From positions 12,367 to 76,366 of the forward strand of contig JAEZFY010000344.1 of the NCBI GenBank assembly GCA_023417265.1: a stretch of DNA of 64,000 nt. The letters run 5' to 3'. A program made the position numbers and the translations under genes. The notes beneath the pieces are model-generated. The model did no database searches, was not told the origin of the DNA, and was given only the letters and a program-made list of their open reading frames with translations. The DNA comes from Actinomycetes bacterium (GTDB taxonomy: Bacteria > Actinomycetota > Acidimicrobiia > Acidimicrobiales > Ilumatobacteraceae). The stretch's first letter is position 1. Every line of letters starts with the position of its first letter. Below are positions 1 to 10,026 of the stretch, one piece after another.

Positions 1-2
1 AC

Positions 3-1013
3 GAGGACATGCGCGAGCTGCTCCGCGACACGTCTGGCTTCACCGCTGCCGACAGCAACATTCCGCACTTCGTCATGCAGCATCCGCTGCTCCCGACCGA
101 AGCCGACCCGCCGCTGCTCAACAAGCTGCGCGGTGTGCTGCTGCCGCACATGACGGCGGAGAAGATCGATCCCCTCGAGCACCGCATGCGCGAGGTCTGC
201 CGGGAGTTGATCTCCGAGATCCGCCCGGCGGGCCACTGTGACGCGGTCGCCGAGTTCGCGAGGGTGTACCCGATCAAGATCTTCGTGGAGTTCTTCGGCC
301 TCCCGGCCGAGCGACGCGAGGAGTTCCGCCAGCACGCCCAGACGTTTCTGCACTCGATCCCCGACCGGCCGACGTCATGGACTGCAATCCGGGGAATCGT
401 CGTCGAGCAGCTGCTCGCCAAACGAGCCGATCCGACCGACGATCTGCTCAGCGCGATCTCTAACGCGCGCATCGACGGCGAGTTGATCGACCTCGACCTG
501 GCCACCAACCTGGCGTCCACCGTGTTCCTCGGCGGCCTCGACACGCTGCCCTCGAACATCGCCTGGTCGCTGCGCTTCCTCGCCTCACATCCCGAGCATC
601 GGCGCGAGCTCGTCGACAACCCTGGAGCGGTGCCGAACGCCGTGGAGGAGTTCCTGCGTTGCTTCTCCGTCGCCAATCCGCTGCGGCGCGCACTGCGCGA
701 CACGGAGATCGGTGGCTCGTTGATCCGCAAGAACGATCGGGTCTTCGTGCTCGTGTCGAACGGCAACCGTGACCCGCTCGAGTTCGATGATGCCAACGAG
801 GTGCGCTTCGATCGCGAGAAGAACCGTCACATCGCATTCGGCGGCGGAGCACACCGCTGTCTCGGCTCCCATCTTGCGCGGCACGAGCTCGGTGTCGCCC
901 TCGAAGAGTGGCATGCCCAGATCCCCGACTACCGCATAGCTGACGATTCTGCAGTGTCGTTCAGCGGGCCGATCCTCGCCGTAGAGACGCTTCCGCTCGT
1001 CTGGGACGTGTGA
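3..1013 (+). CDS. Cytochrome P450 (P450cam/CYP101-like I-helix); 5' end lies outside the window
   Basis: I-helix FLGGLDT, EEFLR (ExxR), heme motif FGGGAHRCLG; reading frame is open to the window edge; paralog of 19688-20899. Confidence 0.93.
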   Translation, partial: EDMRELLRDTSGFTAADSNIPHFVMQHPLLPTEADPPLLNKLRGVLLPHMTAEKIDPLEHRMREVCRELISEIRPAGHCDAVAEFARVYPIKIFVEFFGLPAERREEFRQHAQTFLHSIPDRPTSWTAIRGIVVEQLLAKRADPTDDLLSAISNARIDGELIDLDLATNLASTVFLGGLDTLPSNIAWSLRFLASHPEHRRELVDNPGAVPNAVEEFLRCFSVANPLRRALRDTEIGGSLIRKNDRVFVLVSNGNRDPLEFDDANEVRFDREKNRHIAFGGGAHRCLGSHLARHELGVALEEWHAQIPDYRIADDSAVSFSGPILAVETLPLVWDV

Positions 1014-1047
1014 GCCGCGGAGTGGTGGTGTCGAACCGGCCAGGTGG

Positions 1048-1758
1048 GTGCGGAGCCCGATCGCGCCGCGCTCGGCGGTGAGCCAGTTGCCGGAGACCAA
1101 CGTGGGCGGGCCTGTCGACGAGCTGGGGTCGGCTCATCGCGAGAACCGTGAGGTCAATGCGGAGCGCTGGCGCGAAATTCTGGAGTCGGCGCGCCTGGAG
1201 TTCATGGAAGTCGGCTACGCGGCAGCGCGGCTCCAGGACATCGCCCGACGCGCAGGCATCACCGCGGCCAGCCTGTATCACTACATCGAGTCCAAAGAAG
1301 ATCTGCTGTATGAACTGATCCGATCGAGCCACGAGCGGAGCCTCGCTGCGGCGATTGCACTCCAAGACGATCCCACTGAAAGCGCCGCAGAGCGTCTTCG
1401 GACCCTGATCGTCGGGTGGGGAGCCTTCGCCAGGGAACTTCCGTTCGTCGTGCAGGACCGCGACAACCGCTTCCTCACCCCTGCGCACCGTCGGGTGATC
1501 GACGACCTTCGTCGCGAGGTCGTCACGACGGGCCGGGTCATCGTCGACCGAGGCATGCGCGACGGCACGTTCGATGCGTCGCTCGATCCGGCGGTGGTGG
1601 TGTTCAGCCTGTTCGGGCTGCTCAACGCGCCGCGGCAGTGGTACGGGCCCGAAATCAAGGTGCCGTTCGGTCCGACCTATGACTGGTTCGCCGAGGCTGT
1701 CATCGGCGCGCTGACGGAGCCGGGGGCGCGAGTGATGGCCGATCTCGCCGGCTCGTGA
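1048..1758 (+). CDS. TetR/AcrR family regulator (KstR2-like C-terminal domain)
   Basis: HTH LQDIARRAGITAASLYHYIESKEDLL; C-terminal GMRDGTF...LNAPRQWY; start codon uncertain. Confidence 0.88.
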   Translation: MRSPIAPRSAVSQLPETNVGGPVDELGSAHRENREVNAERWREILESARLEFMEVGYAAARLQDIARRAGITAASLYHYIESKEDLLYELIRSSHERSLAAAIALQDDPTESAAERLRTLIVGWGAFARELPFVVQDRDNRFLTPAHRRVIDDLRREVVTTGRVIVDRGMRDGTFDASLDPAVVVFSLFGLLNAPRQWYGPEIKVPFGPTYDWFAEAVIGALTEPGARVMADLAGS

Positions 1759-1865
1759 GTCTGTCCGTGAAGGCGGCGGCGAGGTGACGCGAAGTCAGCC
1801 AACCCTGCCGGCGCGCGCCGAGCAGTGCACGACCATGTCGGCAGGCCGCGAGAGGGAAATGCCGG

Positions 1866-2642
1866 GTGAGTAGGGGACTCTCAAGGCGCGTCATCGTGAC
1901 CGGGGGAACGTATGGCATTGGAGCGAGCATCGTGGACCTGCTCGCCAATCGGGGGGTGACGGTCGCCAGCCTCGCGCGAAGCGCCGAACTCGGCCGGCGC
2001 CAAGCCGCCGAAGCGACCGCGCGGGGAGGTGGAGCGGTGCGGTTCTTCTCGTGCGACGTCGCCGATCGCGATCAGGTTGATCGAGCGGTTGACGACGCGG
2101 TGAGTTGGATGGGTGGCCTCGAGGGGCTCGTCCACGTCGCCGGTGTCGAGGTCGGCGCCCGGCCCGAGGACGTGACCGACGAGGGTTGGGCGTATGCCAT
2201 GAGCGTCAACGCGACCGGCACGATGTTGACCAATCAGGCCGCGTTCCGGCACATGCGCGATGTCGGTGGAAGGATCGTCAACTTCGGGTCGGGGGCAGGA
2301 ATCACCGGGCTCGCCCACAGTGCTGCCTACGCCGCATCCAAGGGAGCGGTCGCAGCGTGGACACGATCGGCGGCGAGTGCCTGGGGCCGTCATGACATCA
2401 CGGTCAACATGATCTGCCCGGCAGTGGTCACGCCGATGTACGCGGAGCATCGCGCCCGCATGTCGGACGGTGAGCTGGCTGCGCACGACGCACGTATGGC
2501 GGAGCGGATCCTGATCGGCGGCAAGCTGGGCGATCCCGAGCGAGACGTCGCTCCGGTGGTCGATTTCCTCCTCGGCGAGGGAGCGCGCTTCATCACCGGC
2601 CAGACGATCCCGCTCGACGGCGGTGCCTTGATGGTGCGCTGA
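1866..2642 (+). CDS. Short-chain dehydrogenase/reductase
   Basis: TGGTYGIG Rossmann motif, YAASK, C-terminal ITGQTIPLDGG. Confidence 0.92.
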   Translation: MSRGLSRRVIVTGGTYGIGASIVDLLANRGVTVASLARSAELGRRQAAEATARGGGAVRFFSCDVADRDQVDRAVDDAVSWMGGLEGLVHVAGVEVGARPEDVTDEGWAYAMSVNATGTMLTNQAAFRHMRDVGGRIVNFGSGAGITGLAHSAAYAASKGAVAAWTRSAASAWGRHDITVNMICPAVVTPMYAEHRARMSDGELAAHDARMAERILIGGKLGDPERDVAPVVDFLLGEGARFITGQTIPLDGGALMVR

Positions 2643-2657
2643 CCAGCGATCGACGCG

Positions 2658-3416
2658 TCAGATCGGCAATGCCGGCGGGGTCGCCAGCCGTGCGCCCGCC
2701 AAGAACCCCCCGTCGGCGATCAGATCGCTCCCGGTGATGCCGATCGAGTCGGTCGAGGCGAAGAAGAGGACGACCGCGGCCATCTCCTCGGGCGACGACA
2801 CCCGGCCGATCGCCGTCGAGGCCGGCTGAGACATCATCGGCGTGTCGACGGCACCGGGAAGCACACAGTTCACCCGGATACCGCTCGTGGCCAGCTCGGC
2901 GGCGGCCGTCTTGGTGAGTCCACGAACTCCCCATTTGGACATGACGTACGAACCCATCGTTGGGATGCCTCGGCAGCCGGCGACCGAGGCGACGTTGACG
3001 ATCGACCCGCCGCCCTGAGCTGCCATCACGGGCGCGACCGCCTGGATTCCGAGCAACGGCCCGATCAGGTTGACGTCCAACATCCGGCGGGTGTCTTGGA
3101 CTTGCTCTTCGAGCAGCGGCCGAGCCCACCAGACAGCTGCATTGTTGACCAGCGCGTCGATGCGACCCCACGCAGAGATCGTGGCCTCGACCACTCGAGC
3201 CCAGTCGTGCGCCGAGGAAATGTCGTGCGCCAGCACCAGCCCGCCGTCACCGAGCTCATCGCGCAGCCGCTCGGCCGCCGGTGAACTGACGTCGATGTCG
3301 GTCGCCACGACTCGCGCCCCTTCGGCGAGGAGCAGTCGGGCCTCGGCCGACCCCTGACCGCCCGCAGCACCTGTCACGATCACCACGCGCCCGGCGAACC
3401 TTGAAGAGCGGCTCAT
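2658..3416 (-). CDS. SDR (3alpha,20beta-HSD / cyclopentanol dehydrogenase-like)
   Basis: TGAAGGQG, NNAA, YVMSKWGVRGLTK; ATG at 3416 overlaps the stop of the upstream LLM (ATGA). Confidence 0.92.
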   Translation of the reverse strand: MSRSSRFAGRVVIVTGAAGGQGSAEARLLLAEGARVVATDIDVSSPAAERLRDELGDGGLVLAHDISSAHDWARVVEATISAWGRIDALVNNAAVWWARPLLEEQVQDTRRMLDVNLIGPLLGIQAVAPVMAAQGGGSIVNVASVAGCRGIPTMGSYVMSKWGVRGLTKTAAAELATSGIRVNCVLPGAVDTPMMSQPASTAIGRVSSPEEMAAVVLFFASTDSIGITGSDLIADGGFLAGARLATPPALPI

Positions 3417-4531
3417 GCGGCGGACTCCGTGCGGAAGTGCGGGATCACGTACGTGCCCCACTGGCGAATCGTCTCCATGCAGGCCTCGTGGGGCACGGTG
3501 CCCATCTGGATCAGGCACATGATCTCATCGGCGCCGGCGTGCTGCAGGCGCTCGACGTACTCGATCGCCGTGCCGGCTGTGCCGTACGCGTGGTCGGTCG
3601 ACCACACGATCGAGGCCATGTCGGGTAGGCCGATGCGTGCCTGCTTGACGCGTGCGAAGTCGGCCAGGGCAGCGACGTTGTCGTCATCGGCGGTATCGAG
3701 CGAAGGCGTTGGGGTTCCGAGCGACCAGTGGCCGATCGACTCCTCGAAGAACCGTTGACCGCGCACGCCGATCCGGCGTGCCTCCGCCGCGTCGTCGAGC
3801 ACGATGGTCGGACAGAGTGCAGACAGGTGATCGTTGACCAGCGCGGGCGAGACGAACTTCGTGCCGTCTCGCGTGGCGCACGCCTCGTCGTATAGCTTGC
3901 GCATGTCGGCGACCGCCTCTGGCCCCTGGAAGCCGAGCACCAACGCCCCCACGCCGTACTCGGCGGCCTGGGCCACCGTCTCGGCGTGGCTGCAGGCAAG
4001 GAACAGCGGAGGATGGGGCCGCTGGATCGGGCCGGGGACGAGGTGGTGGGGACGGATCTCGAACGATTCGTGCCATTCGAATCGATCATCGAGCCACATG
4101 CGCGACACCATCCGGAGCGACTCCTCGACCTGTGCCTTGGTGGTGCTCTTGTCGACTCCGCAAAAGGAGGTCTCCTCCTCGGTGCCGCCGCGGCCGGCGC
4201 CGAGGTCGCGCCGGCCGCCCGAGAGGATGTCGAGCGTTGCCGCCCGCTCGGCCACCCGCACCGGATGGTTGTAGTTGAACGCCATGCACACGACCCCGTG
4301 CCCGATGCGGATCCGCGACGTCCGCGCTGACACGTGCGACAAGAACACCTCAGGAGCGCTCATGTGGGCATACCACTTGAGTCCGTGATGCTCGACCGCC
4401 CAGACGCGGTCGAACCCCATCCCCTCGGCGTAGACAGCCTGCTCGACACAGCTCAACAACGTCCTCCGCTCACCCTCCGGACTCGTGTCGGCGGTCTGAG
4501 CTTCGAAGATCATCGAGAATTTCACGGACAT
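3413..4531 (-). CDS. LLM (luciferase-like) flavin-dependent oxidoreductase
   Basis: GFDRVWAVEHH, HPVRVAERAATLDILSGGR, PIQRPHPP. Confidence 0.92.
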   Translation of the reverse strand: MSVKFSMIFEAQTADTSPEGERRTLLSCVEQAVYAEGMGFDRVWAVEHHGLKWYAHMSAPEVFLSHVSARTSRIRIGHGVVCMAFNYNHPVRVAERAATLDILSGGRRDLGAGRGGTEEETSFCGVDKSTTKAQVEESLRMVSRMWLDDRFEWHESFEIRPHHLVPGPIQRPHPPLFLACSHAETVAQAAEYGVGALVLGFQGPEAVADMRKLYDEACATRDGTKFVSPALVNDHLSALCPTIVLDDAAEARRIGVRGQRFFEESIGHWSLGTPTPSLDTADDDNVAALADFARVKQARIGLPDMASIVWSTDHAYGTAGTAIEYVERLQHAGADEIMCLIQMGTVPHEACMETIRQWGTYVIPHFRTESAA

Positions 4532-4601
4532 CCTTTCCCGCTTGCCCCCCTGGCATCGGCGCGGCTGATCGTCCTCTTCTAACACCGGCTCCCCGGGCAG
4601 T

Positions 4602-4610
4602 CAGTTGGAC
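4602..4610. promoter_or_regulatory. Recurrent motif CAGTTGGAC (candidate StrR-family half-site)
   Basis: Exact copy between divergent LLM and esterase genes. Confidence 0.55.
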
Positions 4611-4758
4611 GTCGAGCGCTCGACGAACGGGAAGCGACGACCAACCGCGCCCGCCAAGCACCGGACGGCTACGTGGGTACCTTGGCTCATCGGACAGCCG
4701 TGGCGTGTGAACCACCGCGTGGTGTCCGAACGTCGTGTCCCACCGAGGAGAGGTTGCA

Positions 4759-5727
4759 GTGTCCGATTCGTTCGGGATCGCCAACGGTCCGCAACTCGAC
4801 GTGGCGGCGCTGCTCGACCCCGAGCTGGCCGAGGTCGCCCAGCTTGAGGTGCTACAGCACCTGAGCGGGCCGATGCTGCCCGCGCTGCGCCAGGCGATGC
4901 GCGGCGCGCAACCGCCCCTGTCGAACCCCGTCGTCCGGAGCGACCACATCTTGGACGGAGTTCGACCGGCTGCGATCCGAGTCCACCGTCCGAGGGACGT
5001 TTCCGGACCCCTGGCCTGCGTCGTGAGCATGCATGGCGGCGGTTTCGTGCTGGGGCACTACGGCATGGACGACACACTGTTCGATCGATGGTGCCCCGAT
5101 CTCGGCATTGTCGGCGTGTCGGTCGACTACGGGTTGGCGCCCGAATGCCCTTACCCCGGCCCCCTGGAGGACTGCTTTGCAGCGCTCGAATGGACGGTTG
5201 AGCACGCCGACGAACTGGGCGTCGATCGAGCACGGATCGGGCTGCACGGCCTGAGCGCGGGGGGTGGACTCGCCGCCGCCGTTGCCCTGCTCGCCCGTGA
5301 GCGCGGCGGACCCCCACTTGCATTCCAAATTCTCGACTGCCCCATGCTCGACGATCGCCAAGTGACGTTCTCGAGTCGCCTGCCAGGGCTCCACGTGTGG
5401 AGCCGGGAGACGAACCGGTTCGCCTGGCAGGCCTATCTCGGTTCCCTCTACGGCGCCGACGATCTCCCCGCCACGGCGGCACCCGCACGTGCCGCGGATC
5501 TCACGACGCTCCCACCGGCGTTCCTGTCCGTGGGAGCCATCGACGGGTTTCACGACGAGGTCGTCGACTATGCGGTACGTCTCAACCACGCAGGGGTGCC
5601 AACGGAGCTCCACGTGTATCCTGGGACACCACACGGCTACCAAGTGGTCGCAACGTCTTCGGTGACGCGACGTGCGTTCACCGACAAGACCGAGTGGCTG
5701 CGTCGAACGACTGCCGTGGCCGGCTAA
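4759..5727 (+). CDS. HSL-family alpha/beta hydrolase (esterase/lactone hydrolase)
   Basis: HGGGF oxyanion motif, GLSAGG nucleophile, D-GF-DE, PHGY; RBS GAGGAG before GTG 4759. Confidence 0.92.
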   Translation: MSDSFGIANGPQLDVAALLDPELAEVAQLEVLQHLSGPMLPALRQAMRGAQPPLSNPVVRSDHILDGVRPAAIRVHRPRDVSGPLACVVSMHGGGFVLGHYGMDDTLFDRWCPDLGIVGVSVDYGLAPECPYPGPLEDCFAALEWTVEHADELGVDRARIGLHGLSAGGGLAAAVALLARERGGPPLAFQILDCPMLDDRQVTFSSRLPGLHVWSRETNRFAWQAYLGSLYGADDLPATAAPARAADLTTLPPAFLSVGAIDGFHDEVVDYAVRLNHAGVPTELHVYPGTPHGYQVVATSSVTRRAFTDKTEWLRRTTAVAG

Positions 5728-5735
5728 CCCCCGGG

Positions 5736-7316
5736 TCAGGAGCTGACTGGGCTGTCGAGAGCAGCCACCTCGCGGGCGATCTGCCGCTTGTTCGGCTTGC
5801 CGCTCGGCAGGCGTGGCACGTCATCGGCCTCGCGCTGCACGATGCGCGCTGGCACCTTGAACGACGACATCTGTGATCGCAGCGCAGCCCGCAGACCATC
5901 GAGATCGAGCGGCTTCCCATCGGCGGACACCACCACTGCGGCAACCTCTTCCCCCCGGCTCGGATGGGGAATGGCGAACACATACGCAGCGGCGACACCC
6001 GGCAGACTGATCAATGCGTTCTCGACCTCGAGTGGGGAGACGTTCGCGCCGGCGCTCTTGATCATCTCGCTGTAGCGACCCGTGAAGTAGATCTGGCCCT
6101 CCTCGATGTACCCGCGGTCACCCGTGTGATACCAGCCGTCGGCGTCGAAGACCTCCTCGCGCTCGCGCCGGTAGAGGCCGGCCGTGAGGCCGAACCCTCG
6201 AACGCAGAACTCGCCCTCTTCGCCCTCGGGCACGGGTCGTCCCGTGACGGGGTCGATCACCTGGTAGTCGAAGTACTCGGGGTTCCGGTGCATGCCGAAC
6301 GTCTCGGTCATGCCCATGTTGATCGGATCGCCCTTCGACGAGAACCACTTCGGTGGTCTGCTCGGCGCCACGAGCGACGACAGGTCGGCGGCCGAGTAAC
6401 CGGGGTGTCCGCGCAGCGTGTCGACGAGCGTCGGCCAGCCGGCGACGTGCGTGACGCGCTCGCGTTCGATCAGCATGAGTGCCTCGCCCGGCTCGAATCG
6501 CTCCTGCGACACGATCTTCGACCCGACGTGCATGCTGCCGAGCAAGCTCTGCGGACCGCCGACCCAGAAGAACGGCATCGCCATGAGCACGCACACACCT
6601 TCGGTGGATGAGCCCAGGCCCAGCCCCGTCGACGGATGCACCTTGCGTACAGCCGTGCCGTGGGTGTGCAGTACCGCCTTCGGCTCGGCGCTCGTGCCGG
6701 ACGTGAAGATCGCAAGCAGCAGATCGGCTGGGACGACCTGGCGTTCGACTGCTGCCAGCAGCGATGGCGGCGCCAAAGGGACGTCTCCCACCAGGTCGGC
6801 GAGGGAACCGTCGAGCGGAACGGCCTCCGCCCACGGCAGGTTGGTCGCCCCGGTGATCCATATCGAGCGCAGGTAGGGGACGTCGAGCAATCTCAACTGT
6901 GTGTCGTCCTGCTCGAGCAGTTCCGGGAACGCTTCGAGCAGGTCGGCGTCGAAGTCGCGCCCGAGCATGTTCGGCGGCGCGATCAGCACGCTCACGTCGG
7001 CATTTCGCGCGGCGACGCGTAGCTCCGCCGGCCGGTAGGTGGAACTGAACATCATCGAGATCGCACCGATGCGGGCGACCGCGAGAAACGCCACGACGAA
7101 GTCGGGGCTCGAGGGGAGGATGATCCCCACACGCGACCCCTTGCCGACCCCATCGGCGAGCAGTCTGCGCGCCAAGATCGCGGACCGGCGCTCCGCGTCG
7201 GCGAAGGTCAACCGGTCCGACGCCGACACGACATGGTCGCGGTCGCCGAACCGCTCGACACTGCGGTGCAGGAGGTTGGGAACCGTCGGAACGAATTCGA
7301 GCTCGGGTGCGCGCAC
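5736..7316 (-). CDS. Acyl-CoA synthetase / AMP-binding enzyme, copy 1
   Basis: FTSGTSAEPK P-loop, GMTE, GWYHTGDRG, PRLPSGK; RBS GGAGGA before GTG 7316. Confidence 0.9.
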   Translation of the reverse strand: MRAPELEFVPTVPNLLHRSVERFGDRDHVVSASDRLTFADAERRSAILARRLLADGVGKGSRVGIILPSSPDFVVAFLAVARIGAISMMFSSTYRPAELRVAARNADVSVLIAPPNMLGRDFDADLLEAFPELLEQDDTQLRLLDVPYLRSIWITGATNLPWAEAVPLDGSLADLVGDVPLAPPSLLAAVERQVVPADLLLAIFTSGTSAEPKAVLHTHGTAVRKVHPSTGLGLGSSTEGVCVLMAMPFFWVGGPQSLLGSMHVGSKIVSQERFEPGEALMLIERERVTHVAGWPTLVDTLRGHPGYSAADLSSLVAPSRPPKWFSSKGDPINMGMTETFGMHRNPEYFDYQVIDPVTGRPVPEGEEGEFCVRGFGLTAGLYRREREEVFDADGWYHTGDRGYIEEGQIYFTGRYSEMIKSAGANVSPLEVENALISLPGVAAAYVFAIPHPSRGEEVAAVVVSADGKPLDLDGLRAALRSQMSSFKVPARIVQREADDVPRLPSGKPNKRQIAREVAALDSPVSS

Positions 7317-7442
7317 TGCTGATGTCCTCCGTCTGCTGCGACACGTCGTACGACGTGCGGTCAAGGCCGGCGTGTGCTCGACCTCTCGCTCCGGCCATCG
7401 TGTCAGAGCCGGTGGCAGACGAACCTGTCCCGAGCTGCGGTC

Positions 7443-7451
7443 CAGTTGGAC
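7443..7451. promoter_or_regulatory. Recurrent motif CAGTTGGAC (within near-palindrome GTCCAGTTGGAC)
   Basis: Exact copy between the divergent ligase and BVMO remnant. Confidence 0.55.
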
Positions 7452-7614
7452 ACCGGTGCGCTCGCCCATCGGAGATGACTGCGGGTTGCATTTGGTCGGT
7501 GCCCGACTGTGACGCCGGGCATGATCGGTACCGTCCCGCCGTCTGGTCGAGTGGCGGGAGAGTCATGGCACGCAGCACCCGATTCCGTGAGTCGTGCGTC
7601 GAACGGTCCGACCG

Positions 7615-8708
7615 ATGAGCGGCGATCGCACCGCAGATGCTGCGCTGCGGGCCGCGCGTGCCCGTTACGCAGATGAGCGCGTGCGCCGGATCAGACCCGA
7701 CGGCATGCAGCAGTTCGCCTACCTCGACCCGTCGGTCGACCCTGCGGCGCCGCCCGTCGCCCGCGAACCGATCGACGATCGGGTCGATGTTGTGGTCATC
7801 GTTACGGGAATCGCGGGCCTCGTGGTCGGAGCCCGCCTGCGCCAGGCGGGGCTGGGGCGGATTCGCCTCGTCGACCGTGCCGGCGGTGTCGGGGGTACCT
7901 GGTATTGGAACCGGTATCCGGGGGCACAATGCGACATCGAGTCGTACGTGTACATGCCGTTGCTCGACGAGCTCGGCGTGGTACCCACCGAGAAGTACGC
8001 GCATCAGCCCGAGATCGAACGGCACCTACGGCATTGAAGCCCTATTACCGGCTGCTCTGCAAACGACCCGGTTTCCACGACGAGTACCTCGCGACATTCA
8101 ACCGCCAGAACGTCACCTTGGTCGACACACGGGGTGCCGGCGTCGAGCGAATCACCTCCGGCGGCGTCGTCGTTGACGGGATGGAGCATCAGGTCGACGT
8201 GATCGTGCTCGCGACCGGCTTCGACGCGGGACGCGGCATTCTCTCGTCAGCGGGTATCGACATCGTCGGCCGTGCTGGTCGCGCGATGACAGCGGCGTGG
8301 GCCGACGGTATGCGTACCTTCCACGGACTGCAGTCGCACGGATTCCCGAACTGCTTCCTGCTCGGCCTCACGCAAACGTCCGGATCGATCAACTACGTTC
8401 ACAACGTCGAGGTGCAGGCTGCGCACATTGCGTATGTCGTCGGTGAAACCCTTCGGAGAGGGGCGGTCACCGTCGAGGCCACGGCTGAGGCCGAGGCGGC
8501 GTGGGTCGAGCAAGTCCGGTCGATTGTGCCACCAGCGGTCCGAGAGTTTCTCCAGTCGTGCACGCCGGGGTACTACAACAACGAGGGTGACATCGACGAC
8601 CCGAACCGATTCGGGGGGCAGAACGCGCTGATCGGCCCGGTCGCATTCTTCGACCTCCTGCGAGCTTGGCGCGAGGCAGGCGATCTGGCCGGCCTTGAAC
8701 TGCGCTAA
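7615..8708 (+). pseudogene. Baeyer-Villiger monooxygenase pseudogene (internal deletion plus frameshift near 8030)
   Basis: N-part has GGTWYWNRYPGAQCDIESYVY and stops at 8037; C-part in another frame has CKRPGFHDEYL, LATGF, CTPGYYNNEG; the central FxGxxxHxxxW fingerprint and second Rossmann motif are missing. Confidence 0.85.
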
Positions 8709-8745
8709 CTCACGACTTCCGTGTGCGATGGCGGCGCGCCGGGCG

Positions 8746-9450
8746 TCAGCGATCGTCACGCATCGCTCGACGGCGAGCCGTGAACACTTGCTCGACGCGA
8801 TACGCCTCGAGCGGCAGCAGTGACTCAGTCACGTCGATCATCTGCTTGGCGAGTCGCATCGTCATCGGGTCCTTCGCGGCCAGCTCGGCAGCCATCTTGG
8901 CAGCGACGCCAGCGAGCTCGGAGCGATCGACGAGCCGGGCGACCGCGCCGGACGCCAGCAGCTGGTCGACCGGGCAGCGCTCTGCAGTCAGGTAGAGGTG
9001 TCGGGCGCGGCGGTCGCCGACCAGTGCAACGAGGTGGCGGTAGGCACCCAGCAGACCCACCTCGATCTCGGGGGTCTGGATCCACGACTCCCTGACGGCG
9101 ACGATGATGTCGCACATCGACAGGAGCGAGACACCTCCGCCGACAGCTGGCCCGTTCATCGCCGCGACCACCGGAACGGGACAACGACGAATTGCTTCGA
9201 GCATCTCGCGCGGTACGCGGCCCGGGTCGGGATCGTGGGTTGCGGACGCGGCGAACGAGCGCAGGTCCTGGCCTGCGGAGAACGCTCGGTCGCCGGCGCC
9301 GGTGAGCACGACGGCTCCCACCTCCGGCCGGTCGACGACGCCTGCTAGCGCTCGACGGAGCTCACTCGCGAGGTTCCCGTCGATCGCGTTCACCGGTGGT
9401 CGATCGATCGTCAAGGTCAACACGCGACCTCTCAGCTCACAGTGGAGCAT
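8746..9450 (-). CDS. Enoyl-CoA hydratase/isomerase family protein
   Basis: IDRPPVNAI, AFSAGQDL, NGPAVGGG, PEIEVG. Confidence 0.9.
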   Translation of the reverse strand: MLHCELRGRVLTLTIDRPPVNAIDGNLASELRRALAGVVDRPEVGAVVLTGAGDRAFSAGQDLRSFAASATHDPDPGRVPREMLEAIRRCPVPVVAAMNGPAVGGGVSLLSMCDIIVAVRESWIQTPEIEVGLLGAYRHLVALVGDRRARHLYLTAERCPVDQLLASGAVARLVDRSELAGVAAKMAAELAAKDPMTMRLAKQMIDVTESLLPLEAYRVEQVFTARRRAMRDDR

Positions 9451-9473
9451 CGAGACGCCTCCGCAGCGTGAGT

Positions 9474-9482
9474 GTCCAACTG
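9474..9482. promoter_or_regulatory. Recurrent motif GTCCAACTG
   Basis: Exact copy between divergent crotonase and Dabb genes. Confidence 0.55.
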
Positions 9483-9514
9483 GCGCGCGAATGCCGTGAT
9501 GCGATGCTCGCCCG

Positions 9515-9808
9515 GTGATCCGCCACATCGTGTTGTTCAACTTCGTCGAGGGCACACCCCCCGAGCGCATCGACCAGGTCGAACGGGACCTGCTCGCGTA
9601 CGTGGAGCCGCTGGACGGCGTGCGTTCCTACGTGATCGGTCGCAACGCCGGCCTGACCCCCACCGCGTTCGAGTTCTCGGTGGTCGCCGAGTTCGACGAC
9701 GAGGCGGCATTCGTCGCCTACGCACGCGGTGACCGCCACCTCGAGATCGTCCGCGAGCTCGCCGAGATCGTGGGCGAGCGAGCCTCCTCGCAATCGCGCC
9801 TGGACTGA
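9515..9808 (+). CDS. Dabb (stress-responsive alpha/beta barrel) family protein
   Basis: MIRHIVLFNF start, 97 aa, C-terminal EFDD...Y...H pattern. Confidence 0.85.
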   Translation: MIRHIVLFNFVEGTPPERIDQVERDLLAYVEPLDGVRSYVIGRNAGLTPTAFEFSVVAEFDDEAAFVAYARGDRHLEIVRELAEIVGERASSQSRLD

Positions 9809-9949
9809 TCGTCGCCGCCCATGAGCGGGAGGGTCGGAACGAATGGGTTCGGTGAGCACATCTGCCTCCGGGTGGTGGTCGTGGGCCATCATCGTCCCGC
9901 GCGCCGCGACGGTGCTTTTCCGCTGTTGGACACTCCCGGGCGAACGCAC

Positions 9950-9996
9950 TTGACGGAATTGACCGCCCGCTGCCATCCTGGCTAACTGAGATTAGA
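9950..9996 (+). promoter_or_regulatory. Putative sigma70-type promoter (TTGACG-N18-CATCCT) followed by palindrome CTAACTGAGATTAG upstream of StrR-like gene 1
   Basis: Seen in sequence; palindrome is conserved upstream of the second StrR-like gene (45076-45090). Confidence 0.6.
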
Positions 9997-10026
9997 TCGT
10001 CGCGGGGGCGGCGGAACGGGGGAACG

